In this document: positions 45,300 to 58,100 of the stretch, piece by piece
Numbering within the stretch: position 1 is the stretch's first letter
Layout: each line of letters starts with the position of its first letter
Assembly (NCBI GenBank): GCA_004764695.1
Contig: SMSO01000034.1
Location: forward strand, 1,364,001-1,428,000
DNA from: Schizochytrium sp. TIO01
Lineage: Eukaryota > Protista > Bigyra: Labyrinthulomycetes
DNA length: 64,000 bases
Direction: 5' to 3'
Notes under the pieces: model-generated
The model's database searches: none
The model's input: the letters and a program-made list of their open reading frames with translations, nothing else
Told to the model about the DNA's origin: nothing
Program-made: the position numbers and the translations under genes

Positions 45300-46549
45300 A
45301 TGACGGTCAAGCGGCGCAACCACGGACGCAACAGGTGCGTGAGGACGGACCCCGCGGGCCTTCGACAGGACCTGCGCAGGGCAGGGACTTCGGGGACCCC
45401 GGCGTGGCCGAGATGAGCGAGATTCGGGCTTCGCATGGACGAGGACGCCGCAGATGGAGACGCGGAAAACCACCCTCCCGCTGCAAGATATTGACTACAT
45501 ACACGCTCTGTGGTGTAGTTGAGGCAAGCGGGAGAGAGAAGAGAAACTACAACGCCACGCAGTGACTCGAGGAGGGTTCTGAAGGACAACCGCTAGGAGG
45601 CGAAATTAAGATGCTCAAGTTTCGAGCAACTTATGGTCATATTGGGCTCTACTTGATGTATCCTTTCGATCAAGAGGTCGATGCATTTGCAGAGTTTTAA
45701 TTCAAACAAGCGATCTGGTGTCGAGAAATCTATCTATTGAGGTGCACAGCAAGCATGGGCTTCGTGCTAAGTTTCTCGCGCTTTCTGAGCTAGAAGAATG
45801 CTCCGAGAGTTGGGAACACTCGATGACTAGACGATAAACCTCTTTGACGCTTTTGACCATTCATTTCCGCTGTGCCCGGTTGTTTTTTTGTTGACGGTCA
45901 TTGAGTCCTGGTATAGTTGTAGAAGAAACCTGCGCAACTGGTTTCCATGTGTGTTCTCTCTCAAGAGGGTTGCAATTGTCTTCCTGTAGCGTTGTTCATG
46001 GATCTGGGCCATCTTATTTTGTGACGTTTCATTACGTACAATGAATGGTATGGGAAATGAAGAGTGTGACTAACAGAGGTATTTGTTTTACGTTTTTCTT
46101 TAATGCGACGGTGGTTATTTAACCAATCTACAGAAAGGGACGCGGCTCCCAGGGCGTCAACGTCGTCTGCGATGGCTGCGGCTCCCGCCCCTCCAAGGAC
46201 AAGGCTGTGAAGCGCTTCCAGGTGCGCAACATGGTTGACTCCTCCTCCATGCGTGATATCCGTGAGGCTTCCGGTAAGTGAAAATGACTGCATCTTTATC
46301 TTGAGAGTCGTGGTATACTTTCAAGTCGATGGACATTCTATTCGTTCAATTAAAAGACACTGGAACACTAACAGAGCCGACATTTACATTTGATAATAAA
46401 CAGCATACGAGAACTACCAGGTTCCCAAGATGTACCTGAAGATGCAGTACTGCGTCGGCTGCGCTGTGCACCGTCGCGTTGTGCGTGGTCGTGCTCGTGA
46501 GGCTCGCAAGATCCGCGACCCCCCTCCCCGCCGCCCCTTCCGCAAGTAA
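45300..46549 (+). CDS. RPS26: 40S ribosomal protein S26 (eS26); exons 45300-45334, 46134-46273 and 46404-46549
   Basis: The spliced product is [106 protein letters not shown]. Donors are GTGCGT and GTAAGT, acceptors are CAG, and both introns contain CTAAC branch-like motifs. The ORF track misses this gene. Confidence 0.96.
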
Positions 46550-48825
46550 ATATTAACCTTTGTTGCGGTATTTCGATTTTTTTCTTTGACTAAAACATGT
46601 GTCGCTGGACATTGTTTTCCACCCTTTATAACTTGGCCTGCTGAATCCTCCCATGCTATATGTATCTTGTCATCCACTTGTGTCTCTCTTCCTTTCATAG
46701 GATCTACATGAAGGTTAAGTGTTGGTGACCTAATAGGAACGTTGAAGTCGATGAAGAGAGTGGTCGTGCAAGACTACGATAGATGCCTTTCTCAAAGGAC
46801 GGCAGATATGGTTGTACTTGGCCTTATTAGTTTTCATGCTTGTTAAACATGAAGGAATATTTTGGCAGTACTGATTCACTGTTGGGATAAATTCTATGTA
46901 TGGAAATTTTAATGCATCGTTTTTCTAAAATTAAGTCCTTTCAGATAATGATGTATTTGGGACATGGAAGATGTGGTTGCACTTGCTTAGAGAACTTTGA
47001 TGGTAGTAAGATAGAAGAGACATGTTGAAGGTTGTAGCTCGCTTCATACTCGCAATAATTATAATGTATTCCAAATGAGGTTATTTCTTTGTTAGAGTAA
47101 TTCTATTGCAAAAGGCATATTATCGCGAAGCTCTCTTGCTAGCTAAACCCAACGAACCATGGCGAATGAGCTGAATGCTCTGATCTGTATATATAGCTTC
47201 GACAGGCCAGCATTATCGTAGTTTGTAACGAAACTAGGTTTTCTGACAGTTTTGGCACAAGATACGTAAAAAATAAAAGAAGCTACTATATTTTATAAAG
47301 GTAGAAATTCGTATCTTTCAGCGAAAAATTGACAACAGTGTTTGAAGTGTTTACATTGTCTGGGAAGTACCCGTTAAGGTTAAGCAACTGCGCTCCAGTA
47401 TTATTTTGTAGTAATGCACACATTTGCTTGAGAGGTCAAAATCCATCAATTGTCCGGCTATAGTCTCCGTTTCTTTGCAGATTTTATGTGTGCGTGCGGA
47501 CTCTAGACTTTTTGCGAGGACAGTTATTAAGAGCATGGTTAGGGCAAGGCCCAGTTCTTACTTCCTTTTGGTTCACTGTGATTTCCAGCACACCACAGTG
47601 GTCTCAGCGAGGTAAAGTTTACTCTTCTTTCTGCAAACAAGACAGGAATGCACAAGTTTACGCCGGGGTTAAATTTATTTGAAGAATAGGCCCAGGAATC
47701 TCCAGATGCGAGTTGTTTTGTCAGTTTACATCGCGGTCGGCAAGTCAAACGATGTAGCAGCAGCACTACTCGAAATTCCGAGGAAGCCAAAGGAGACTCT
47801 AAGAGAAAAACTCGTAAATCACACTCGAGACGTGGAAGGAAAGCCACCCCGTCTAAGTCTTGCTGCGAAGGTATATATGTAAATGTATATGCGATAAATT
47901 ACCTTAAGATGTACAGTAAGTCGATCTCCGCATACCAGACTTACAACGTAGGCAGTTTAATTTCTTCCTTTCGTTGAGATTCCATAATTTCGCCATTTCT
48001 CTCTCTCACCATGACAACTTGGTCGCCATTACACTTAAAAACAGCTAGCTTTACACACGCCTGCAGCGTGCAGGTGAGTAGGTATTTATGCGCACGACCC
48101 GGTTCTGTTGCCACCAATCGACGGCTGCTGGCGATTGCGCATTGCACCATCGCTCGCCCAATTCCTGCGGATATTCTGTCCAACCTCGGCTAGTGCCACA
48201 TTGAAAACCTCATCCATAGTCCCAAAGTTTCAGGTAACTCGAGTTAGAGCAGTGCCATATTAGTTTTCTTTCCTGAGGACCTTGGTTCTTCAAGTTGTGT
48301 CTCGATAATCCACTTCCATCCTCGATTACTCTGGATTTGAGGGAGGATCAATTAATCATGATAAAATCCCGCGTCCCTGAGAACCGCTGATTCCGCCTCC
48401 CTCCCATTTACTACCACTCCTGCAGACCTTCCTACCGTATACTCTATGCCTTGTTCCGCCGTGGTAGTCTTTTTTCAAAATTTGAGAACCAATTTCAAGG
48501 ATCCATTCTATACTTTTACTTAGTGGTTTCAGTAGCAATCGTCGGTGTTATTTCGACGGTGAAGACTAAAATCTTTAATTTGTTTTTAAAATGAGAAAAG
48601 ATAAGAATGTAATAGATTTATATATTTAAAATTAAAAGAAACCTTTCAATACTAATTCTGTGAAGAGAGAGTAAGAATCAAAAGATATTGATATTTCAAA
48701 GCGCCTCCAAATTCCAAAACGATCTCGTTGACGGCTTCTTCTTCGCTCGCACACGCAGTTGCGACGGATCTCCAGGTTCAATCTCCCTCAGCTCAAACTC
48801 TAGTTTACACACACCCACGCACACC

Positions 48826-49398
48826 ATGCTTTCCCGCGTAGGAGTTGCCGGCAGAACCCTTGCCGTTCGTGGTGCTCAGCCCATCGCCATGCGCCGTCTC
48901 GCCACCAAGGCTGCCGCCTCCAGCCTGAACTGCTTCTCGCGCCCCCATGTAGTGTCTTCCCGCGCATCATCCCTCGCGGTTCCCGCTCGTGCCTCGCTCT
49001 CTGCTGGTGCCCGCGGTCTTGCGTCTTCGGCCAACTCGGGCATTATCTCACTCAAGGAGCTCAAGTCGCGCATGAAGGACAAGTCCGTCGTGGTCATCGA
49101 TGTGCGCGAGCCTGATGAGATTGCTGCCACTGGCGCCATCGAGCACGCTGGTATGACCGCGGCCAACATCCCGCTTGGTCTCATCTGTGGCGAGGCCAAC
49201 GTGTTGTCCATGTCTCCGGAGGACGTTGAGCACGACTTTGGAGTAAAGCTTCCTGCGAAGGATGATGACTCCAAGGCCATCGTCTTCTCGTGCCGTTCAG
49301 GCATGCGCGCAGGAAACGCGGCCATGATGGCGGAGTCTCTTGGCTACAAGAACGTGCTTAACTACAAGGGAAGTGCCAACGAGTGGTTCTCCCAGTAA
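48826..49398 (+). CDS. Single-domain rhodanese/sulfurtransferase with probable mitochondrial presequence
   Basis: Motifs VIDVREPDE...G.I, NIPL, active-site loop FSCRSGMRA and NYKGS..EW. The N-terminal extension is Arg/Ala/Ser-rich. Confidence 0.9.
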   Translation: MLSRVGVAGRTLAVRGAQPIAMRRLATKAAASSLNCFSRPHVVSSRASSLAVPARASLSAGARGLASSANSGIISLKELKSRMKDKSVVVIDVREPDEIAATGAIEHAGMTAANIPLGLICGEANVLSMSPEDVEHDFGVKLPAKDDDSKAIVFSCRSGMRAGNAAMMAESLGYKNVLNYKGSANEWFSQ

Positions 49399-49874
49399 GC
49401 GACCGTGTACGAATGATTAAATCAATGAAACCATGAATCAATGAATCTATGAATGGGAAATGTGCTCTCAGAAAAAGCCGTCTCTACTAGAGTCTTCGCC
49501 GCTTTTGAAATAGATATTGGCCTTGGCATCCCAAACTTTCGTGGTCTTGACCTTGAACTTGCACTTGTATCCTTGAACTTGTCTTGAGCTACCTTCGAGC
49601 ACATATGGTACCTATGAATGGATCGGGTAGAATGCCATTGGCTTGAGATAATTTGCATTGGTTGAACTGTGATGTGAACCAGTGTTGTTTATTTCAATTA
49701 TGGTGCGACGCGGGCAAGTGGAGGGTAATTGGGCTAGACTTGACATTCAGAACTTGAATTTTAGAATATACCAACACTACATTTTAGAGGACTTAGTTTA
49801 CCGGAGTTGTGAAACTAAAATAAAAAGGGAGAGAGAGCATCAGAATGTGAAAAATGTTGGTGTGATTTATACGG

Positions 49875-52820
49875 TTATGGAAATACTGCAGCCCGACGCT
49901 TGCTAATTGCCGCTAAGAGTTCACTCTGAGGGTCCTTGCGGGCCTGCGGCACTGGAGGGGGCTGGTTCTGGCGCGGTATAGGTTTCTGGGCTGAAGCAGT
50001 TGAAGCATTTGGTTTTTTGGCTGCTCGAATTGCCGCCATCAAGTCACCGCGATCCGCTGAAGGTCCAGCTCCACCAATAAGCACAGGCGGGCGGCTATGC
50101 ATGGATGTGTTATTTGGGGGTTCAGGAGGACCTTGCTGTCTTAAGATTACAGGGGTCTCCTTGTGTAAGCCTGCATTGGTAGTGCTTTCGGTGGGCTTTT
50201 TAGCAGCTCGGATAGCTGCCATCAGATTGCCTTGTGACGGTGGCGCAGATGTTGAAGCATGTGTTGAAGCGCTGCTGAAAGTGTTGCTACTTGTATTGCT
50301 GCGCGTAGCATGAATCTCCGAAACTAGGCTCTTCTGCGCAGGGTGTTCTCGGCGCAAACTCTGGCTGGGTAGGGCGGGAGGGGCTGGTGCTCGACTCGGG
50401 ATAGGCGATGGTGATGCTTGGCCTATTGAAACACGCTTAGACTTGGCCTGAAGAGCGGCCAAAAGTTCACTTTGAGGATCTTTCCTAGATTGTGGTACAA
50501 CAGGTGCTCTGGCAGAAGACATTTCCTTAGACGAAGGCGCATTTTTGGCCCCGGTTGGCATTTTTGCTGCACGTATTGCAGCTAACAGATCACCACGATC
50601 TGCTGAAGTACCGCCTCCCATTCCAAGGCCTGTTTGTGATCCTGATTTCTGTGTTGGAATAGGCGGCGGGGCTTTTGTAGATGCTGTTGAATGAGTTGAC
50701 TGAGGAATAGGCGGAGCTACAGCTTGACCACTGCGACGAGAATTAGTAGGAACTGGTGGGGGTCCTTTTGGCATAGATGCAAATGATGATAAATTTGATC
50801 TCTGAAGATTCGCATTTCGAATCGACGACATCAAATCGCCTCCTTCAACTGCTTTGGGTGGCGAGATGTTTCTTTGTTGTGCTGGAGGCACAGGAGGTGG
50901 TGTAGAGCTAACGCTCGTTTCATTCGCTCTTTGATTCGCAGCAGCCCGAATGGAATCCAACAAATTACCTCCGCCGCTGTTCGCCATAGAAGACTGCGGT
51001 GAAGGAGACCGAGGTGGCAGAGGACTTGACGTTGTACGTGCATGTGTTGTCGAGTGTTGATTGGAAGCGTTAGAGGCCCTCTGATTCGCTGCACTACGAA
51101 TAGCAGAGACTAAGCTACTGGACGCTGATGGTGGAGCTGGTGGAGACGAGGATGTTCTAGCATGATTTGTTCCTGCTCGCAACTTTGCTGCATTAGAAAT
51201 TGCACTTAAAAGGTCATTTTGGCCTCCGGCGGATGCTGCTCCTGCTGCGGTCTTAGCAGACTCGGATTGCTTTTCTACTGGTCTGAGGCCTCCTCCTCCT
51301 CGGTTCCGGATCGACGCAAGTAAATCTCCTCGGTCAGCTTGTCCATTGCTTGCGACAGGGGGTCTTGGTGGTTGCGATATAGCAGCAGTTTGAGCAGGTG
51401 GGGCAGGTGGCTGCCCGCAAGGATGGACTCCCCAAGAAGGTGCAGGAGATGATAGTCCACTAGAGTCTTGGTGAATAAGGTGTGGAGACGGGCTAGTTTC
51501 TCTGGGTGCAGATGCTGGAGTTCCTTGGACATGTGGCAGCGTGTTAAATTCATTTTCATAGTGGGTACGCGCATTATTATTATAAGGGGTTGGTGTGTCG
51601 CCTTGAAATGACCTCTTCTCAAGATAGTCAACTGACTTTCCTGCATTCTGACTGAAAAACCCGTCTTCATCAGCTCTATCACAAGGATCGCCGAAGCTTG
51701 AGTCTAAGTCACTTTCTTCAAAGGGGTTGTCTTCTTCGTCATCATTGTTCCTTTCCGCTGACGCCTCTTGTTTGAGCTGTTGTCTAGATATAGAAGCTTC
51801 GAGGAATCCATCATCGTGAGGAGGCTTTGAGCTTGGAGGAGCAGAAACATAAACAGGGTCTCGAAAAGGGACCACTTGCCTCGGCTGGCGTTGAGGTGCT
51901 GGTTGCGCTTGATTATATGCTGTTCTTGTAGAATGAGCTGTTCGCTGTTGGTCGGGCTGGCTTGTAACCGCATACTGCTGAGCAGACGAGAAGGAGGATG
52001 TGGATGGTGGGATGCCTGTAGTAACAGCTGGCGAAACTGCCAGATCGTCTTGGTGAGTAGAGCTGTTGGGCGTCACCGGCGTGCAAACGTAGGGCTTTGT
52101 GAAACGTCGTAGGCACGATTCCTGTAGGTCGCCATTATCAACGAAACGATCAAGGGCTTGCAGATTCGGGGGTGGCTTTGCTGACGCATAGAGACTTTTG
52201 AGGGCCGCACTACGAGTGGATTCTTTTAGAAGATCCGTGAGTGGAAGTTCCGTGTTTGTACTTTGTAAAGAGTCATAGGAGAGAGGCCGCCTTTCGGTTG
52301 TGTTAAGGCTGCTGCTATTTTGTTTATTTGTAGAACGTTTTTGGGTGACGAAACGCTTGCCTTGCACATCAGGCTCCAGGTTCATTATAATCATGGGAAG
52401 AGTGGCACCTTCGTTGTGCGCCCCCTCTTTGTTGATTCCATCACTTCTCGCAGCATTCCCAGCCCTGATGTTTTCGCGTACGGCCTGCACTCTTTGATCC
52501 ACCGACTGGATTTTCTTTGAAAGCTTTGTAGTCTCATGGTGTAAATCTTGCATCATATCTGCCGAGAACTCTGCTAGGGCTCCAATCTGTTTCATGAACC
52601 CCATCAATCTCTGTACGGCCAGCTGCTGGAGAGCCCTTTCGGGCGTTTTCCCAAACTTGTCCAGCCCTCGTCTGGAGTCATCTCGTCTCCTCTGTCTCGA
52701 CTGTTTCTTGGTGCTTTCTCGCCCCGCTTCTTGAGCGTTTCCACTTTCCGACTTCCTCTGATCGGCGCCATCTCGCACGATCTCGTGCCACGCCGGGACT
52801 TCTCGCTCCACAAGAGGCAT
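49875..52820 (-). CDS. WAVE/SCAR-homology-domain protein with proline-rich linkers and many WH2-like motifs
   Basis: WAVE-homology N-terminus: MPLVER.V, L..FMKQIG.LAEFS.DMM.DL, LY..AKPPPNL..LD.F and CLRRFT.P. This is followed by repeated DLL.(S/A)IR motifs, the first with LRPV. Confidence 0.85.
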   Translation of the reverse strand: MPLVEREVPAWHEIVRDGADQRKSESGNAQEAGRESTKKQSRQRRRDDSRRGLDKFGKTPERALQQLAVQRLMGFMKQIGALAEFSADMMQDLHHETTKLSKKIQSVDQRVQAVRENIRAGNAARSDGINKEGAHNEGATLPMIIMNLEPDVQGKRFVTQKRSTNKQNSSSLNTTERRPLSYDSLQSTNTELPLTDLLKESTRSAALKSLYASAKPPPNLQALDRFVDNGDLQESCLRRFTKPYVCTPVTPNSSTHQDDLAVSPAVTTGIPPSTSSFSSAQQYAVTSQPDQQRTAHSTRTAYNQAQPAPQRQPRQVVPFRDPVYVSAPPSSKPPHDDGFLEASISRQQLKQEASAERNNDDEEDNPFEESDLDSSFGDPCDRADEDGFFSQNAGKSVDYLEKRSFQGDTPTPYNNNARTHYENEFNTLPHVQGTPASAPRETSPSPHLIHQDSSGLSSPAPSWGVHPCGQPPAPPAQTAAISQPPRPPVASNGQADRGDLLASIRNRGGGGLRPVEKQSESAKTAAGAASAGGQNDLLSAISNAAKLRAGTNHARTSSSPPAPPSASSSLVSAIRSAANQRASNASNQHSTTHARTTSSPLPPRSPSPQSSMANSGGGNLLDSIRAAANQRANETSVSSTPPPVPPAQQRNISPPKAVEGGDLMSSIRNANLQRSNLSSFASMPKGPPPVPTNSRRSGQAVAPPIPQSTHSTASTKAPPPIPTQKSGSQTGLGMGGGTSADRGDLLAAIRAAKMPTGAKNAPSSKEMSSARAPVVPQSRKDPQSELLAALQAKSKRVSIGQASPSPIPSRAPAPPALPSQSLRREHPAQKSLVSEIHATRSNTSSNTFSSASTHASTSAPPSQGNLMAAIRAAKKPTESTTNAGLHKETPVILRQQGPPEPPNNTSMHSRPPVLIGGAGPSADRGDLMAAIRAAKKPNASTASAQKPIPRQNQPPPVPQARKDPQSELLAAISKRRAAVFP

Positions 52821-53688
52821 TGCGCAGGACTCTCAGAAACGTGCGCAGGCCCGAGCCTAGTATCAGGAACTGCTTGCCTACGCGACCTCCGTGTGGCCAG
52901 CAGCGTCGATATCTATACTGCCGTTCAATCAAGAATGCAAGGCACTGCCCTTTATACGTCTCTTATGTTTCTTGACCTTCGTTGCCGCCCTCGCGGTGGT
53001 CAACAGGAGGATCCCAGTGGGCTCCTGTTCCCACTATGAGCTATGGTTTTAACTAGATGGTGCTACCAGACGGGTCTTTCAATTCTTTCAGTGGTAGTGT
53101 TATTACGACTTATGGTACATTGTGACCCTATTTTTCTTCTTTTCTTCTCTAGAGCTAGCTAGAGAATGATTATTTCTTTAAGACTTCAATACATTGTGTT
53201 TAATTTAGTTGCTGGCAGAACCGATGATACTACTACCTGCCGCCATGAGGACAGTTTGAGGCAACAGTTTAGTTGTCATGACAGTGTTCTCAGTACCTAG
53301 CGCCTAAGACTGATCTACAATACTTATTTGTTCAAGCAGCCTCCTACGAGTAGTGCTGACCATGGTTAAAGAAATTGCAAGTCATTTGGTACTTCAAAAA
53401 AAAAGCTAAGCTCCATGTTTTCTTTCTTTCTTTCTTTCTCTCTTTCTTTCTCTCTTTCTTTCTCTCTTTCTTTTGCTTAAAAAAAAAAAAAAATCTTCTT
53501 GCTTTCCCTCTTCGGGCTTCCTTTTATTGTTTTATTTTGCAAACCAACCTTAGTTCGCTCAAATGCCATATCTCTCCATGAATTGAAAGTTGCTGGGCTT
53601 GCAGCGTCCAGCGAGATCGTGGCGGACGTGCAGCTAGTTGCTTGACGGGTGATCGTTTATCCCTTTTCATTTCTTCATTTCTTCATAA

Positions 53689-53697
53689 CAAACAACC

Positions 53698-53732
<35 letters not shown>

Positions 53733-53771
53733 ATAATAACAATAATAACAATAATAACAATAATAACAATA
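53689..53771. repeat. (CAA)n/(AAT)n compound microsatellite
   Basis: Directly visible. Confidence 0.92.
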
Positions 53772-55035
53772 AAACTGCTGCTGATGTAGGTATCCCTTCG
53801 GGCGGACAACAAGGTCCCCACGGCGCAGTCGAAAGTCTCTTATGGCGCCAATCTTCGTCCCTCGATCATTATCGACTGGGGTCCGCCCGGTATCAAGCCC
53901 AGTGCCAGCAAGCGGCGTTGCTTGGCTACCACCACTGAGAGTTTGGGGTCCAAGTCAGAGGTTACGCGTGTGGCATATCTTTCAATGCAAAGAGCTTACC
54001 GTGCTTGCTATATTTGCAAATTCTCAAGTCCCCGCCAGACTTTCAGAAGCCGCAGCTCGATGTTGAATGCTCAGCCTTGCCGTGGTCCACGTCGATGCTT
54101 GCTTGCTTGCTTGCTCTGCTTCTGTTTTGCAATATCGTGGCTGATCGGATCATGGGACTCGAAGAACCAGGAACTCGAGCTTCGCTTAGCTTAGCCCATT
54201 AAGCTCAGTTTAGGCGCGGGAACTGCAAAGATCCATCCACTTCGCACACCTTTTCAGAGCGAAGAGCCCAAAATCACTCGAACTCCGCTTTGCAAGAACA
54301 TGGTATGTACAATTAAAAAGTGTTCTTCCTGTGTTTGTGTGTGTGTTTAACTGTTTGTTTGTTTGATTGATTGTTTGTTTGTTTGATTGATTGTTTGATT
54401 TATTGATTTCTCCGGTTCGCCAATATAATGATTTGCGATTTGCTCGTTTTCGGAGGACCATTTCAGAATCCACTAACAGGGCTTCTGCAGTTCCGCCGGC
54501 CGTTCACATCCAAGCCAAGCTCCGCTAATGTCACGAGCGGGCTCGAAATTGCCTGGAGAGCCCGCCGCTTCAGGCCTGTGCCTAGGTCTGGCCAGTTTGC
54601 CTGGAGTCAGGGCTGCCGGAGTTGCGGACCCGAGTTCGTTTGCTTTGCTTTGCTTTGCACGTGGCTTTGCCCCAACGTTACTCTTCAGAGCCCGCTAGGG
54701 GTCCGCTAGTGATTACGATAGGACTCCCTCCATTTGTTGGTGATGGGTGATCGTTCTCTTCACAGCGTCGAGCTGCATAAAGCTCAGAGCTCCATGCGCC
54801 AGGCTCCCGAGCTGCCCAGCGCTGAGGAAAACCTTCGAAACCCCCGCAGGGTCGCGCAAGGAGCCCCTGAGTGTCTAGCTAGCTTCTGAGGCAAGCAAGT
54901 TATCGATGGTCAATTCTTCGCGCCGCCGCAGAGAACCTATAATAATCGGCAAGTAAATAATAAGAATAGCGGAAGAAAAGCAGAACAGACACCTGCAGAA
55001 CACACTTTCGTGAACAGGGAAATAAAATAACATAA

Positions 55036-55038
<3 letters not shown>

Positions 55039-55106
<68 letters not shown>

Positions 55107-55188
55107 AATTTATTCACTCATTCGCTCATCCATTGATTGAGTGATTGATTGATTGATTTATTCACTCATTCGCTCATCCATTGATTGA
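55039..55188. repeat. (GATT)n microsatellite followed by a 33-nt direct repeat (55108-55140 and 55156-55188)
   Basis: ATTTATTCACTCATTCGCTCATCCATTGATTGA occurs twice. Confidence 0.9.
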
Positions 55189-58100
55189 TGGACTGATTGA
55201 TTCCCACGTGATTTCACTACTATTTTTTATTTTGTTTTACTTTCTTTTTTTGGTTAGGAAAGTTGAAAAGTAAATAAATGTTAAAAGTATAATTAAAAAA
55301 CAACATGGCAGGGAAAAGGAGCAGAAAAAGAGGGGCGACGAAACGACCATGCGCTTGCGCAGGTAGCAGTAGTAGTTTTGGGGCGGAGGGTTTACATATA
55401 AATGCACATACACATTATGATTCGTACAGACAAATGCAGTGCGGGGCTGAGCAGTCGCAATTGGATCGAACAGCCATATGGCAGGGCTTTGCTTATATTC
55501 TTTTTCCATTTTCAATCTCTATCTTCTCATAAATTGGAGAAGATCAATGAGTGAGTGAACAAATGAATTACATAACAGAGATGAAAGACATAGAATTGGG
55601 CCTGTGGGATAATTAGTTTCATAGCCGGGATGGGATGGGATGGTGATGATACTACTACATTCTCGTGCTCTGGTTCCAGAAAAGCACGAATGAAACGCCT
55701 GGACCTTGAGGCGTCTGACTTCAACTCTGGCTTACGAGAACATCAGAGATATCTATGGTGCAAAGCTGATAGCTAGTCGTAGAAAGAAAGTGTGTCGTGA
55801 TGCATTAATTTACATCTCTTCTGTAGTATTGCAGGATGCTTGGGAGGAGGGTGGGCTAGCTCGACCATGCGTCCCGATTATCATCACCGTGGAATGTCAT
55901 GACCTGCCTGGATTGGGACAAAGGGCAACTTACAAACACTCCCGAATACCAACTGATAACACAACTCTAGAACAGCTGGGCGGTGTCTCAAGCCTGAGCT
56001 AAAGCGAGGCGAATCACACACCAAGCTCGCAGAATTGGATTATAGTTTGACTGTATTTAAAGTACCAAGCATCCATGCCAAAGGTATAAGGAAGATCATC
56101 GAGCGGATAGTAACTGCTTGCCTTGCCGAGTGGTCTCCCTTCGATGCTTATAACGAAGTGATCATCCACATTGTGGCAGCATGGAAAAGGTCATGGTCAT
56201 TATCTCAGGTTAATCTGCTACGAAGGTGTAGCACAAACAATGGTTTTCGAGGTCCGCAAAATTGATCTCAGCCAACGGAGTCAAGGAAACTGTCTTCCTT
56301 GTCACTCGCTCGCAGCTGTTTCATACAATCTTGGAGTCAGACTGTATATAAGAAGTCTAAAATAATACAGCCCGTCGTTTCTAGCCGGAACTCGTATCAA
56401 ATACCTGTGATAGGTGCTCGTTCAGATGACTTGAAGAAGTAATAGTTCACGGGCCTGCAAGCCTTTCTGGGATGAAACGGGGAGGATGCAACAATCAATA
56501 TTCTAGACGCAGGTGCCGCGACATGATGTTTAGACGCAAGGGTTTTTGCAACCCTCGAGAGATGTTATAAGTTACCTAGAACTTTCAGTCTGCGAAGCTT
56601 CAAGGTAAGGTAAGGAACGTGGTCATGTCTAGAATATCTCTCCATCTCAACTCCATTCTCTGAGATTAGACATTTTTTTCTTCTCAATTGGCTTTTTCCC
56701 CCTCTTTTGATTTTGTTTCAATCTCCCCCCCCCTTTTTTTTTTTTTTTTTTTTTAATTTTTTTTAATTTAATGTTTTTAATTTTTTTTTTTTTATTAAAA
56801 TGAATAAGTAATCTTGGTTTCAAAAGGGCTATTTTTAAATTTAAAAAGAAGGAATATAGACATTTAAAAACTAAAAATGAGGGTTTCCAGCTCGAAGGGA
56901 TGCTACTTCATTCGATTTATCTGTGAATTACCCCCATAGAGCCTTCTGTTGTTGAATTAGGGAAGACTTGCATACTTCAGGGTGATATTGACCTCTCTTG
57001 TTGGAGGTTGTTTTCATAGAGACAAGAATATCGGATGCTACTTTTGTTGCTTGAAGAGACACCGTTTCGTCGATCGTTTCTTACGCTGTCCCCTTTTCAA
57101 GATAAAGCTCAGTTTCATGCTTCATTGAAATAACAGGATAACATGATTAACTAACCTCATCATGTTTAGATTAGTTGTACAATTTTAAAGAAATAAAACT
57201 TATTAAATAAGAAACTGTTCGATAAATGCAAAATGTTTTCATTATTTGTTCTGTATTTCGTTATGTTTATTTCTTTAATTAAAAAGAGGAAAAAGGAAGA
57301 CTATTGCCTTTATTATCGTATTCCAGTGGGGTTTGTTGTCGTTGGGATGCTGTTTTAGAGCCTACCCACGTTATTTCTGGTTCACATCATTCTTGTGCGT
57401 GCGTGGATTTGCTGCACATACTGTGTTTGTCTTATATTCGCTGGGAGGGAAATCGAGGGCTGGACATGCTTGAATCTTGACTCTATGTCATGATAGATAT
57501 AGCGCTTAGTACAAGCTTGACTTGGGTGTATCATATATTCGTTCATTTTGTATTCTCGTCAGCCTAAAATGGCGTTCCCGCCTCGTGTAGCAAGGAGCTA
57601 GCGTTTTGTCTGGATCTGGCTTTCGCAGAACTCTTGAGGCTGCTGCATGCAGCACAAGGTTCTAGCCACCTTGACTATTTCGCAACGGGGTACTGTTTGG
57701 GATCGGCAAAGTAGCTGTTATCTAGATTGTGCTGGTTCTCCTTGAGGGTTCTCACTCACAGTGCGCACTAGGAAAAAGATTGAGACCAAAAAAGAACTTT
57801 TTGCAAAGGTCCTTAGAATTCTAGCAATGAGAACTATCCAGGCGGCCTCAAATTGAGGGTGGAGCAGATGAGATCACTGCTCGGGGTCATGGAGATTGAT
57901 TGCTCCTAAGCGATATCCCACTCGTGCCATGGATGTCCTATATTACGGGCTGAATGAATGCTGTGTCGAACTTCTTAAAATAGGGGTTGACCCAGAAGAA
58001 GCCGCTAGAACAGCACCGGCCGCAGTCTCGCTTATATGAATCCATTTTTTCAAGGCAAGTCGAGCAGAACGACTCCAGCAGCACCTTCCTGAAATGACGA

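Noticed and set aside
45155-46698. Several short ORFs on both strands
   Set aside because: They are shadows of the spliced RPS26 gene and its GC-rich intron start.
47300-48250. Coding-like fragments downstream of RPS26
   Set aside because: No recognisable domain, and the frames are short and inconsistent.
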